Shown here: piece after piece, positions 1-8,914 of the stretch
How positions within the stretch are numbered: the stretch's first letter is position 1
How the letters are laid out: each line of letters starts with the position of its first letter
DNA from: Halomicronema hongdechloris C2206
GTDB lineage: Bacteria; Cyanobacteriota; Cyanobacteriia; Phormidesmidales; Phormidesmidaceae
Reading direction: 5' to 3'
Length of the DNA: 32,000 nucleotides
Assembly: GCF_002075285.3 (NCBI RefSeq)
Contig: NZ_CP021983.2
Span: forward strand, 4,350,001 to 4,382,000
Program-made: the position numbers and the translations under genes
Notes under the pieces: model-generated
Seen by the model: the letters and a program-made list of their open reading frames with translations, nothing else
Databases searched by the model: none
What the model was told of the DNA's origin: nothing

Positions 1-66
1 GGCAGGCGGTGCCACCCACAGTCCCATCAGGGCCAACAGCGAAATCAGGGAGGTGCGCTTGATCAC
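1..66 (-). CDS. 5' end (22 codons) of a minus-strand gene running off the left edge; signal-peptide-like N-terminus
   Basis: The reverse complement reads GGAAGtaacaccGTG ATC AAG CGC ACC TCC CTG ATT TCG CTG TTG GCC CTG ATG GGA CTG TGG GTG GCA CCG CCT GCC, i.e. V/M-IKRTSLISLLALMGLWVAPPA. It has an SD-like GGAAG upstream, a basic start and then a hydrophobic core. It is too short for a family call. Confidence 0.25.
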   Translation of the reverse strand, partial: MIKRTSLISLLALMGLWVAPPA

Positions 67-167
67 GGTGTTACTTCCGAACTCACGACGGTGAATGGCC
101 TGAAGTTAGCTTAGACGATATTACGGTCAATTGTTGGCCCCAGTGCTAAGACATCCCCGCATAGAAA

Positions 168-1118
168 TCAGGGATTTCCCAGGGCGGCTCGGGCATTGCG
201 TCGCCACATCTCAGGCTTGATGCGGCGCAGGGCCGAGGCCGTGAACCGGCGGTTCCACTCGGCTTCCGATAGGGTAGCTAACTCGGCTAGGGAAGGGGCC
301 ACGTTTTCAGGATAAGGGCGAAATTCGACCGTGTCAGTTTCTTGGGCAAAGCGCTGGTTCCAGGGACAGACATCTTGGCAGATATCACACCCAGCCACCC
401 AGTTGTGGAGATTCTTCTGAATCTCGGCCGGCAAGGTGTCGGCCCGATTTTCGATGGTGTGGTAGGCGATGCAGCGGTTGGCATCCACCACGAAGGGGTG
501 AGGAATGGCGTTGGTAGGGCAGGCCTCTAGGCAGCGGGTGCAGCTGCCGCAGTGTTCGGTGTGGGGGCGATCGGCAGCCAGCTCTAAATCGCTGAGAATT
601 TCCCCCAGAAACACCCAGGAGCCATAGTCGCGGGTGATGAGGTTGCCGTTTTTGGCAATCCAGCCCAGCCCCGCCTGCTGAGCCCAGAATTTATCTTGCA
701 CGGGGCCGGTGTCGACGTAGTAGCGCAGCTGACTGCTGGGGGCTTGCGATCGCATCCAGCCCACTAACGCCTTCAGCTTCTGGGTCATGACTCGGTGGTA
801 GTCCCGGCCCCAGCCGTAGCGGGAGATCTTGCCGTAGGCGTCTCCTGGGGGCCGCTCATGATCGGTGTAATAGTTGAGGGCGACGCAGACGAGGGAGCGT
901 ACCTCCGGCATCACCTGATGAATATCCTGGCGCTTGGGATTGGCCATCCAGGCCATATCGGCCTGATAGCCCTGGGTCAACCAACGCTGTAGGGCGGTGC
1001 GCATCTGGGCGATGGCCTCGCCCTCAGCCTCAGGTGGCGGCACGGCGGCAATCCCCACCCGATGAAATCCCAAGGTTTTGGCCTGCTGTTTGATGGCCTC
1101 AGCGGTTAAGGCACTCAT
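168..1118 (-). CDS. queG: epoxyqueuosine reductase QueG (tRNA queuosine biosynthesis, 4Fe-4S/cobalamin enzyme)
   Basis: This is the 316 aa product from the internal ATG at 1116-1118 (MSALTAEAIKQQAKTLGFHRVGIA...). QueG signatures present: ISRYGWGRDYH, GSWVFLGEI, ferredoxin motifs CGSCTRCLEACPTNAI and GCDICQDVCPWN, and CIAYHTIE. The 127 codons upstream in the 443 aa track ORF are low-complexity (P/S/L-rich) and cross a tandem repeat, so they are not taken as coding. Confidence 0.9.
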   Translation of the reverse strand: MSALTAEAIKQQAKTLGFHRVGIAAVPPPEAEGEAIAQMRTALQRWLTQGYQADMAWMANPKRQDIHQVMPEVRSLVCVALNYYTDHERPPGDAYGKISRYGWGRDYHRVMTQKLKALVGWMRSQAPSSQLRYYVDTGPVQDKFWAQQAGLGWIAKNGNLITRDYGSWVFLGEILSDLELAADRPHTEHCGSCTRCLEACPTNAIPHPFVVDANRCIAYHTIENRADTLPAEIQKNLHNWVAGCDICQDVCPWNQRFAQETDTVEFRPYPENVAPSLAELATLSEAEWNRRFTASALRRIKPEMWRRNARAALGNP

Positions 1119-1205
1119 GGTCTTGCCAGTTGCGATGATCGAAGATCGGCCCCGGGGGCCATCGCAGCTTCCGTTGTTGGCATCATAACGTCTTGGCAGG
1201 ACGGA

Positions 1206-1243
1206 GAGGGAAGAGGGAAGAGGGAAGAGGGAAGAGGGAAGAG
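1206..1243. repeat. perfect heptanucleotide tandem repeat (GAGGGAA)x5 plus partial unit, STRR-like
   Basis: Direct reading gives GAGGGAA at 1206, 1213, 1220, 1227 and 1234, then GAG. The repeat lies 88 nt upstream of the queG ATG, inside the queG / metalloprotease divergent intergenic region. A second small tandem, GGGGTGAT x2, sits at about 1279-1297. Confidence 0.9.
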
Positions 1244-1602
1244 TGTAGGGTGTTGGCGGAGCCTGCCCGCAGGGCTTAGGGGTGATGGGGTGATGGGAAA
1301 GCAAGAAAGTAGCGTGGGTCGTTTTACTTAAGCGAGGGAGGTTATGAGTGACCAGGGAAGGACCCACGGGGAAAGGCTGAAGGCAAAAGGCAGAAGTCAG
1401 AAAGGTCCATCGCGCCCTGCCGATACGACGCGATGCCAACCAATAAGCCTGGAGGGCATAGGGTGGGGGGTTGGGTATTGGCGAAGGGCAGAAAAGCAAA
1501 GACTTCTGCAGACTCTGTTCGACAGCAGAGACGGCTGGTTAAAGTAAGAGCAATCCCAAATACGCATCTCCATGGAGTCGGGCTGCAATGATGCTAACCC
1601 CT

Positions 1603-4442
1603 ATGATCAGGCTGGGCAGTGTGTTCTGTAGTGCCGTGGTCTTAGCCATGGCTGCCCCATCCCTGAGGCGAAATCCCAAGCGCCTCCAGAGTCAGCCCCG
1701 CCGAGGCAACCGCTGAGGATGCTCCTGAGGCAGAGGCGGGGTCTTCCCCGATGCGGCCCTTTGAAGAGGTGATTGAGGGCTTTGAGCAACAGGCTGGCCT
1801 CTTTACCACCTATCACCAGCCCGACACTGGCGAAACCTATCTAGCCATTCAGCCGGAGCAACTCAACCGCGACTTTCTGCTGATTGCCACCCTCGAGTCT
1901 GGGGTGGGGAGGCAGGGTTATTTAGCGGCTGGCCCATCAATGACCTACTCATTCAATTTCACCGTGCCCCTGGCGACAAGGTGCAGCTAGTGGTGCCTAA
2001 TCTCTACTTTCGCGATACGCCCCCGTCGCGATCGCAACCACTCCTGCAGCGCTCCTTCAGTGACTCGGTGCTCTATGCCCTGCCCATCGTCAGCATTGAT
2101 CCCAGCACTGATGCCCTCCTGATCGATCTCGGCGATCTGCTGCTCAATCGGGATCCGGCCAATCTGATGGGAGCTTTTCCTTGGGTGCTGAGCAGCTACG
2201 CCCCTAACCCCGACACCTCTTATCTAGAGAGTATTCAGGCCTTCCCCGAGAACCTAGAACTCTCAACCCAACTAGGCTTCACTGGCGGTGGTGTCAGCAG
2301 CGATCCCTTCGCCGCCCTCTTTGCCTGGTCCCTGGCCAGCGTCCCCGATCCACGCGCCTTCAGCTTAACAGTGCGCTACAGCCTCTCCAAGCTGCCCCTC
2401 AACCCCCGCTACCAACCCCGCCGAGCCGATGAGCGGGTAGGCTACTTCCTGACCGCCTTCCGCACCCCCGCCCAAGCTCAGCGGTCCACCGCCTTCGTCC
2501 GCTATATCAACCGTTGGCACCTGGAAAAGCAAGACCCCCAGGCTGCCATTTCCCCCCCGAAAGAGCCCATCGTGTTCTGGATCGAGAACACGGTGCCACC
2601 GCAGTATCGCACCGCCATTCGTGAGGGCGTGCTGATGTGGAATCAAGCCTTCCAGCAGGCGGGGTTTCAAGGGGCGATTGAGGTGCGGCAAATGCCCGAC
2701 GATGCCGACTGGGATCCGGCGGATGTGCGCTACAACGTGATTCGCTGGTCCGATTCCTTCAGCACTTGGGCCATTGGCCTGGGTCCCTCGCGAGTGAACC
2801 CTTACACCGGCGAAATCCTCGATGCCGACGTCATCCTCGACGCCAACGTCATCCGCCTACTGTATCAGCAATATCAGAGTCTCGTGGCTGCCACGGCTCC
2901 CCCTACCAGCCTCTATCTGCAGCTCTGCGGGCACCGCTTTCAACCCCTCTACCTGCAATGGCTGAGCATCCAGGCGGGGGCCGATCCCCGGCAGGTGCTA
3001 CGGCCAACAGCAAAGGCCTGGGCCTGAGCAGGGCATCCTCGCACAAGGTTCCGACCACTGTGCTGGGTTTACGGCCGCCCAACAGGCTGCCTTTGGGGCC
3101 TTGGCCACTAGCCTATTGAGTGATCCCCTAGCCGATGACGACGCCCTAGACACCTATATTTATCAGTATCTCAGAGCCCTAACCGCCCATGAAGTAGGCC
3201 ATGTACTGGGGCTGCGGCACAACTTTCTAGGCAGCACTCTGCTGGCTCCAGAGGAGTTAAATGATCGCGCCGCCACTCGCCAACGGGGCCTAGTCAGCTC
3301 CGTGATGGACTACTTTCCGCCCAATTTGGCTCCCCCTGACAGCGAGCAAGGAGACTACTTTCCGGTGACGGTGGGTCTCTATGACCAGTGGGCCATCGAG
3401 TATGGCTATCGCCCTTTCCCCCAAGCCTTACCCCACCAAGCCCAGCAGCAATTGCAACAGATTGCCCAGCGCAGCCCCGCCCCAGAGCTGGCCTATGCCG
3501 CCGATGAAGATATCTGGAATTTTATCGACCCCATGGCCAATGCCTGGGACCTCCAGCAGTGATCCCCGGCGCTATGCCCAGTGGCAACTGGACAACTCCC
3601 ACCACATTTGGCAGCGGCTGAGTCGATTTTCCCTACGGCCAGGGAGGGCTATGGCGATTTGCGGCAGCGGTTTAACCTGGTTTTCTTCAATTACTTAAGC
3701 CAGTCTATGACCATTGCTAACTATATCGGGGGGCAGCGCTTCACCCGCCTAGATCCCTGGCCAAACCGATGGCCAACGCCCCTTTGAGCTCATCTCCCGA
3801 GACGAACAGCGGCAGGCGTTACAGACTTTGGACACCTATGTCTTTGATGCCGATGCCTTTCAGTTTTCGCCGGAGTTGCTGAATCAATTGGCTCCCGATC
3901 GCTGGAGCCACTGGGGTAGTCAGCTCACGGTCTACCCTCTCGACTACCCGATTTATAACCAGATTCTTTTTGTCCAGGGCCTGGTGTTGAGTGATGTCTT
4001 CTATGCCGATCGCTTGGCCCGACTACGGGATGCGGAGTTGAAGGCTGGGGGACAAGAGGTGCTGACCCTGGCCGAGCTGTTTGAGACCGTGCAGCAATCG
4101 GTGTGGTCAGAGGTGCTGCCAGACTCGCCGCAGCCTGCTGCTATCTCTAGTCTACGACGGGGGTTACAGCGTCATCATCTGGCCATTCTCTCGAATTTAG
4201 TGCTGCGCGGCTACGGCGGTATCGAGCAGGCCCAGAGCTTGATGGAATTTTTAGCGGCGGCAGGGACCATCGGTGCTCCTGACGATGCCCGGGTGCTGGC
4301 CCGACATCAATTGCGACAGCTACAGGCTGCTGTGGATAGCCGTTTGGGTCAAGACTCCCTAGAACTAACTACGCGGGCCCACCTGGAGGATGTTCGCGAT
4401 CGCATCGCCAAGGTATTAGACGCTCCCTTGCAAGGCTATTAG
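1603..4442 (+). pseudogene. secreted zinc-dependent metalloprotease (HExxH; DUF5117/DUF4953-type), broken into at least 7 frame segments
   Basis: A signal peptide (MIRLGSVFCSAVVLAMAAPS) starts at ATG 1603. The track ORFs 1751-1990, 1981-3027, 3101-3562, 3381-3698, 3581-3787 and 3828-4442 read as one continuous protein when frames are switched, for example ...ESGVG|EAGLFSGWPINDLLIQFHRAPGDKVQLVVPNLYFRD... and ...ANAWDL|SSDPRRYAQWQLDNSHHIWQRLSRFSLRPG|EGYGDLRQRFNLVFF.... The zinc motif is TAHEVGHVLGLRHNF. The family name is from memory of similar proteins. Confidence 0.75.
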
Positions 4443-5043
4443 GGGTGGGCCTCAAACCCTAGGGTTGTGCCGCGGCCAGCGTGGGCTAACGCCAGCTGGT
4501 GGTATTTCTGGGCGTGGGCAATCTGCTCCGCAACATCTGTCTCGGTCACGGCGCGGACTACTTTGCCGGGAATACCCAGCACTAAGGACTGGGGCGGCAC
4601 ATCTTTGGTCACCACGGCCCCAGCCCCAATGGTGCTGCCGGCGCCAATGCGCACGCCATTCAGGACAATGGCACCAATGCCAATCAGACAGCCCCGCTCG
4701 ATGTGGGCGCTGTGAATCACAGCCCGATGGCCGACGGTGACATAGTCTGCCAAGACTGTGGGTTGGCCTGGATCACCATGAATGACGGCCCCATCTTGGA
4801 CATTGCTATAGGCCCCCACAGCGATGCGTTCCACATCCCCCGCAATACCGCGGTATACCAGATGCTGGTGCCGGTGGCTAATTCTACCTGCCCTAACACC
4901 GTGGCATTGGCGGCGACAAAGGCGGCTTGGGAGCAGTCTGGCACGGACAGAGCCGCTGCTATCTCTGAGTTGGGAAACGATTCAAATGGTTGCGGATGAC
5001 TCACACGGATAGGGTTAACAACGTCACAATGGAAGCGGGGCAA
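4439..5043 (-). pseudogene. gamma-carbonic-anhydrase-family / left-handed beta-helix (hexapeptide) protein with one frameshift
   Basis: The N-terminal part lies in ORF 4717-5043 (...SQAAFVAANATVLGQVELATGTSIWYTAVLRG). The remainder lies in ORF 4439-4834 ((D)VERIAVGAYSNVQDGAVIHGDPGQPTVLADYVTVGHRAVIHSAHIE...). The two join exactly at the C5 run 4837-4841. The start codon is uncertain (TTG 5043 or GTG 5004). Confidence 0.75.
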
Positions 5044-5127
5044 CTGAGGCAGTGGAGCCCCACGGTTATAATACGGCTACCAGAGACCGTAGATTATCGT
5101 TACGAGGAGTTGTCTGGTTCGTACCCA

Positions 5128-5633
5128 ATGGTCAACCCAGCCCTGCAGTATCCGATTTTTGGACCGGAAATTCAGTGTCCCCACTGTCGTCAGGAGATTC
5201 CCGCCCTGACGCTGACGGATACGTACCTCTGTCCTCGCCATGGGGCCTTTGAGGCGAATCCGGACAATAAGGAGTTAGTCCACTTGCAGTCAGGACGCCA
5301 TTGGCGTCAGTGGGAGGGGGAATGGTATCGCCAGCATACCCATCCCGATGGCATTCGCTTTGAGATTCATGAGGCCCTCGATCGGCTCTACACCCAGGGT
5401 TACGGGCCACGCGGGTGATCATTGCTCGACGCTATCGGGAGTTGGTCAATGCCTATCTCGAGCGAAGTCCCCCCTGGCGAGGTCAGTTGGATACGATCAC
5501 CCCACGCCTCTATGGTCTGCCGGTGGAGTTTAGTCCCACCCCAGAAGAGGAGCCCTGCTGGGCGGTGATCAACTTTGACCTGGAAAAGGAACCAGGGGTG
5601 CCGGTGCGGTATCCCTATTTTCGTCTGTTTTGA
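5128..5633 (+). pseudogene. conserved cyanobacterial Cys-rich protein (CPHC...CPRHG; probably the TIGR02652 family) with one frameshift
   Basis: MVNPALQYPIFGPEIQCPHCRQEIPALTLTDTYLCPRHGAFEANP...DRLYTQGY (frame of ORF 4990-5418) continues as RATRVIIARRYRELVNAYLERSPPWRG...PYFRLF (frame of ORF 5415-5633). The length is 506 nt, which is not a multiple of 3. The break is at about 5401-5406. The family name is recalled, not searched. Confidence 0.55.
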
Positions 5634-5639
5634 GTAGCT

Positions 5640-6059
5640 ATGCACCATGCCTCTATTCGCACGGCGGATATCCATCGTGCGATCGCATTTTTACGAGCAC
5701 CTAGGCTTTACCGTGCAGGAACGCTTTACCGCCGGCATTACCCTAGCCTGTTGGCTGGAAGGGCTGGGGGACGCATCGAACTCATGCAAGTGCCTCAGCC
5801 TCGTCCCGCTGCCGATGCCTTCGCCGATGAGCATTACACCGGTTACTATCATCTGTCCTTCGATCTCACTGACCGAGTCGCTAGCTTGAGCGAATGGCTG
5901 AGCCAACTGCAACACCAGTTTGACCAGGCCAGTCAGCCTCTGATAGTACTGCTATCACCCCAACAGCAGATGATTGGGGCCACTGTGTACGAAGTCATGT
6001 TTCTCGCCGACGCCGATGGCTTACCTTTAGAGTTTCTGCGGGAGATGGGGCATGGCTGA
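5640..6059 (+). pseudogene. VOC (glyoxalase/bleomycin-resistance/dioxygenase fold) protein with a compensating +1/-1 indel pair
   Basis: The open 139 aa frame reads MHHASIRTADIHRAIAF, then a scrambled stretch, then GRIELMQVPQPRPAADAFADEHYTGYYHLSFDL.... The typical VOC segment YEHLGFTVQERFTAGITLACWLEGLG is encoded in the other frame (ORF 5647-5889) between the T5 run 5688-5692 and the G5 run 5766-5770. Confidence 0.65.
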
Positions 6060-7425
6060 GACGGCGACGCCCTTCGCCGATAATTGGGCCTACCTAAAAA
6101 CCGAATTGGCCTGGCTCGACCGGCTGTTACTGTTGGCTGTGTCCCGTCAGCAACAAGAGCATAAAGCCATCGAGCGGGTGGCTCGTTCCAGTGGTGATCG
6201 GGTGGGGCAACACTGGTGGAAAGGCATTCTCACCCTACCCCATACCAACCGCTACCACGAGTGTCCGACCCCTAAGCCCCCATACTCCACTCGCAAGTAC
6301 GGCCAGCAGCTCCAGGCCCGCATCTGCGCCAGCCAGGCCCGAGGCATCTGCTTAGCCCTGCCCCACCTGCAAGCACAGCTCCAGCTCAGCAGCTTCGAGA
6401 AAAATGTCATCCTGATGGCCTTAGCCCCGGAAGTCAACCAACGGTTTGGTCGGCTCTACAGCTACCTACAAGCGCCGGAGCTGCCGACCACTCCCGAGTT
6501 ACCAACCGTGGCTCTCTGTCTGCGCCTCCTCTGTCGCGATGACCAAGCCTGGCGCCAGGCCCGGCCCCAGTTAGCTCCCACCGCGCCTCTTTTTCAGACC
6601 GGCTGTCTGCAATGGTCAACCCAGAGCACCGAAGCCCTGCTGGGACGGCAGGTGAAGCTGGCAGATGACCTGGTCACCTACCTATTGGCAGACGCTCCCA
6701 ATGTTTCTGGAGTGCCCTTCCTAACCAGGGCCATGGCCACCGCCACTGCGCCCCTACAAACGGCGTCAGGGGTAGATTGGTCCCAGCTGATATTGCCCCC
6801 AGCCACGCTCAAGCAGCTACAGACCCTAGCCCAGATAAGTCATCATGGTCCTGGCCAGATTGCCCTACTCATCGGCGAGACTGGCACTGGCAAGCTGATG
6901 ACGGCGCGAGCCCTGGCCCAACACTGGGGGACATCGGTGACCTGGTTGGACTTAGCTGCCCAGCCTCAGGCTCCCCTGCCTGACTTAACTGAGGCAGTCC
7001 TACTGGTAAAATCAGCCCAGCATTGGTTGGGACGGCGGACCAGGGTGAGCGAGGCTGAGTTGCGGCAATGGTTGCAACGACGCCGCCAGCGGCCAGGGCT
7101 CACCCTACTAACCCTCCATCCCTGGCAGACCATACGACCACGCTGGCGCTCCCAGATAGATGCTGTCATCACCCTGCCCCGGCCAGATCAGAGGGCTCGT
7201 CATCGTCTCTGGCAACAGGCACTGCCCGCTGACAGTGCCGTCGAAGCAGACCTGGACTGGGCTCAAGTGGCTCGGGACCTGCCGTTGACCGGGGGCCAGA
7301 TCCAGACCCTGGCCCGACAAGCCCTGGCCCTGGCCGGCTCGGCTCCCTTGACTCGCGACCATCTGCAACAGGCGCTGGCCCTACAACACCCAACCCTGAC
7401 GCTAAAATCGTCTCGATGGTCTTGA
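6052..7425 (+). CDS. AAA+ family ATPase-like protein (Walker A present, Walker B apparently degenerate)
   Basis: The 457 aa product has Walker A LLIGETGTGKLMTARALA. Its C-terminal region resembles the AAA lid (ITLPRPDQRARHRLWQQALP...LTGGQIQTLARQALALA). Where hhhhDE is expected, the sequence is AVLLVKSAQHW. The start overlaps the upstream stop by 8 nt (ATGGCTGA). Confidence 0.75.
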   Translation: MAETATPFADNWAYLKTELAWLDRLLLLAVSRQQQEHKAIERVARSSGDRVGQHWWKGILTLPHTNRYHECPTPKPPYSTRKYGQQLQARICASQARGICLALPHLQAQLQLSSFEKNVILMALAPEVNQRFGRLYSYLQAPELPTTPELPTVALCLRLLCRDDQAWRQARPQLAPTAPLFQTGCLQWSTQSTEALLGRQVKLADDLVTYLLADAPNVSGVPFLTRAMATATAPLQTASGVDWSQLILPPATLKQLQTLAQISHHGPGQIALLIGETGTGKLMTARALAQHWGTSVTWLDLAAQPQAPLPDLTEAVLLVKSAQHWLGRRTRVSEAELRQWLQRRRQRPGLTLLTLHPWQTIRPRWRSQIDAVITLPRPDQRARHRLWQQALPADSAVEADLDWAQVARDLPLTGGQIQTLARQALALAGSAPLTRDHLQQALALQHPTLTLKSSRWS

Positions 7426-7453
7426 TGATGCAGTCGCTCCCTCAATAAGCACT

Positions 7454-8074
7454 ATGGGCCTATACGGTGAGATTATTTTCCCGCGGCTGTTGGATTGGAC
7501 CATGGCTGGTGAATTGTTTGCCACCTATCGCCGTCAGGTGTTGGCCCAGGCCCAGGGCAAGGTGTTGGAAATTGGCTTCGGCACCGGTCTGAATCTGGCC
7601 TATTACCCCGAGGCGGTCACCCATCTGACCGTGATCGAGCCGAATCGGGGGGCAGGTGCGATCGCACGCAAACGGCTAGCCCAGAGTCCTCTACCTGTAG
7701 ACAGTCACCCCATCGGCGGTGAACACCTACCCATGGCCGATGCTAGTTTTGATACCGTTGTCAGTACCTGGACTCTCTGCTCCATTGCTGCCGTAGAACA
7801 GGCACTGCGGGAAGTGTATCGAGTCCTAAAACCTGAAGGTCGCTTTCTCTTCATTGAGCATGGCCAAAGTCCAGATCCTGGGGTGCGCCGCTGGCAGACC
7901 CGACTAACGCCAGTCCAGAAGATCATTGCCGATGGCTGTCATCTCAATCGACCCATTGGCAAATTAGTCGCAGAGGTTTTTCCACAGGTCAGCCTGCAAG
8001 AATTCTACGGAAACGGCTGGCCCCAGATCGCTGGCTACCTCTATCAGGGTCAGGCCACGAAGCCTGCTAGATAA
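7454..8074 (+). CDS. class I SAM-dependent methyltransferase (Methyltransf_11-like)
   Basis: The 206 aa product has SAM motif I VLEIGFGTGLNLAYY, the acidic loop TVIEPN, and post-I/II motifs FDTVVSTWTLCS and LKPEGRFLFIEHG. Confidence 0.85.
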   Translation: MGLYGEIIFPRLLDWTMAGELFATYRRQVLAQAQGKVLEIGFGTGLNLAYYPEAVTHLTVIEPNRGAGAIARKRLAQSPLPVDSHPIGGEHLPMADASFDTVVSTWTLCSIAAVEQALREVYRVLKPEGRFLFIEHGQSPDPGVRRWQTRLTPVQKIIADGCHLNRPIGKLVAEVFPQVSLQEFYGNGWPQIAGYLYQGQATKPAR

Positions 8075-8247
8075 TAAGCGCTCAGAGGATATACCAACGC
8101 CTCGTACCAGTTCTCGCGGGTAATGCTAGCAATGGCTTGCCGAGGAGCGAGGGAATTGAAGGGGCAGAACGTGTTACTGCCATTTAGAGCATGGATCAGT
8201 ATGAATATTAGCTACTCCCAACCCGTAACGTAGCCAGGGAGAGGCAA

Positions 8248-8273
8248 CACGCTAGGGGGATTGCCCTAGCGTG
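8248..8273. terminator. perfect 10-bp stem / 6-nt loop hairpin between convergent genes (possible bidirectional terminator; no U-tract)
   Basis: CACGCTAGGG-ggattg-CCCTAGCGTG, abutting the stop codon (8274-8276) of the minus-strand gene and 174 nt downstream of the methyltransferase stop. Neither side has a T-run, so it is not a canonical intrinsic terminator. Confidence 0.35.
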
Positions 8274-8765
8274 CTAGGAATCCTGAAGATTAGGATGGAG
8301 AGCCCGATCGAGGACCTGGCGAGCCGCTTCTGCCCGGGATCGGGCCTCCCGATAGCGTAAATTTTGTTGAGCAAAACTCTTCAGTACCTTAAACCCGTCT
8401 TTGATACTGCCCAATTGCTCCTCGCTCATGGGCTCATCGGTAAAGAGCAAATCTACTAATTCCCTGGCTTCCATGGCCACTTTACGGGAATCCTGTAGCT
8501 TCATTTTCAGGTTGGCCAGATGACTGAGCGCTTGTACTGCCTCAACCACAGCGTCCTCCTGCTGCTTCAGGTTGGGAGTGGGATGGGGTTCCTTCACTTC
8601 AATCAGCTGGTGCGGGCCAAAGCCATCTGAGAGGGCTGTCGGCAGCTCACCAGCATCCATTAACTCAATGAGTTGATCCATAGCTCGTTCTCGAGCTTTT
8701 TGGGAATCCTTACCAGAGACAGACAGAATCACCTCTGGACTTTGGGCCAGCGTGTACTGAACCAT
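8274..8765 (-). CDS. hypothetical protein, helical/charged, no recognisable family
   Basis: A 163 aa ORF with an ATG start and no competing long ORF on the other strand. Composition is intermediate: a hand count of the 60-nt line starting at 8401 gave 45% GC. Confidence 0.55.
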   Translation of the reverse strand: MVQYTLAQSPEVILSVSGKDSQKARERAMDQLIELMDAGELPTALSDGFGPHQLIEVKEPHPTPNLKQQEDAVVEAVQALSHLANLKMKLQDSRKVAMEARELVDLLFTDEPMSEEQLGSIKDGFKVLKSFAQQNLRYREARSRAEAARQVLDRALHPNLQDS

Positions 8766-8914
8766 GGCATCAGTAAATACGTACTAAATTAGTGTATCCC
8801 ACAGAGCATCTGGCCAGGCCCTCTGTGGAGACCTCGAGAACAATGAATTTTTGTAAAGAGGGGCCTGTCTGTGTCTCTGGCGACCGACGACAGCTTTGGG
8901 ATTTGAGATGGTCA

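Noticed and set aside
287-992. Track ORFs 287-484(-), 342-530(+) and 795-992(+) inside or opposite queG
   Set aside because: These are shadow ORFs typical of GC-rich coding DNA. They lie entirely within the well-supported queG reading frame region, and their products are Pro/Gly/Arg-rich with no motifs.
1119-1588. N-terminal 127-codon extension of the 443 aa queG ORF, plus ORFs 1344-1547(+) and 1397-1588(-)
   Set aside because: The extension is low-complexity, crosses the heptamer tandem repeat and precedes a good internal ATG that yields a normal-length QueG. The two small ORFs overlap each other in an intergenic region and show no motifs.
2365-3119. ORFs 2365-2691(-) and 2766-3119(+) within the metalloprotease region
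   Set aside because: These are antisense or alternate-frame ORFs with Arg/Pro/Gly-rich products. Only the short tail of 2766-3119 overlaps the zone where the protease frame changes, and it shows no protease-like sequence.
6252-7445. Multiple minus-strand ORFs (6252-6437, 6434-6619, 6966-7172, 7108-7368, 7169-7393, 7263-7445) and plus-strand 6777-6983 opposite or inside the AAA+ gene
   Set aside because: These are GC-rich shadow ORFs nested in a 457 aa ORF that has clear Walker A and lid motifs.
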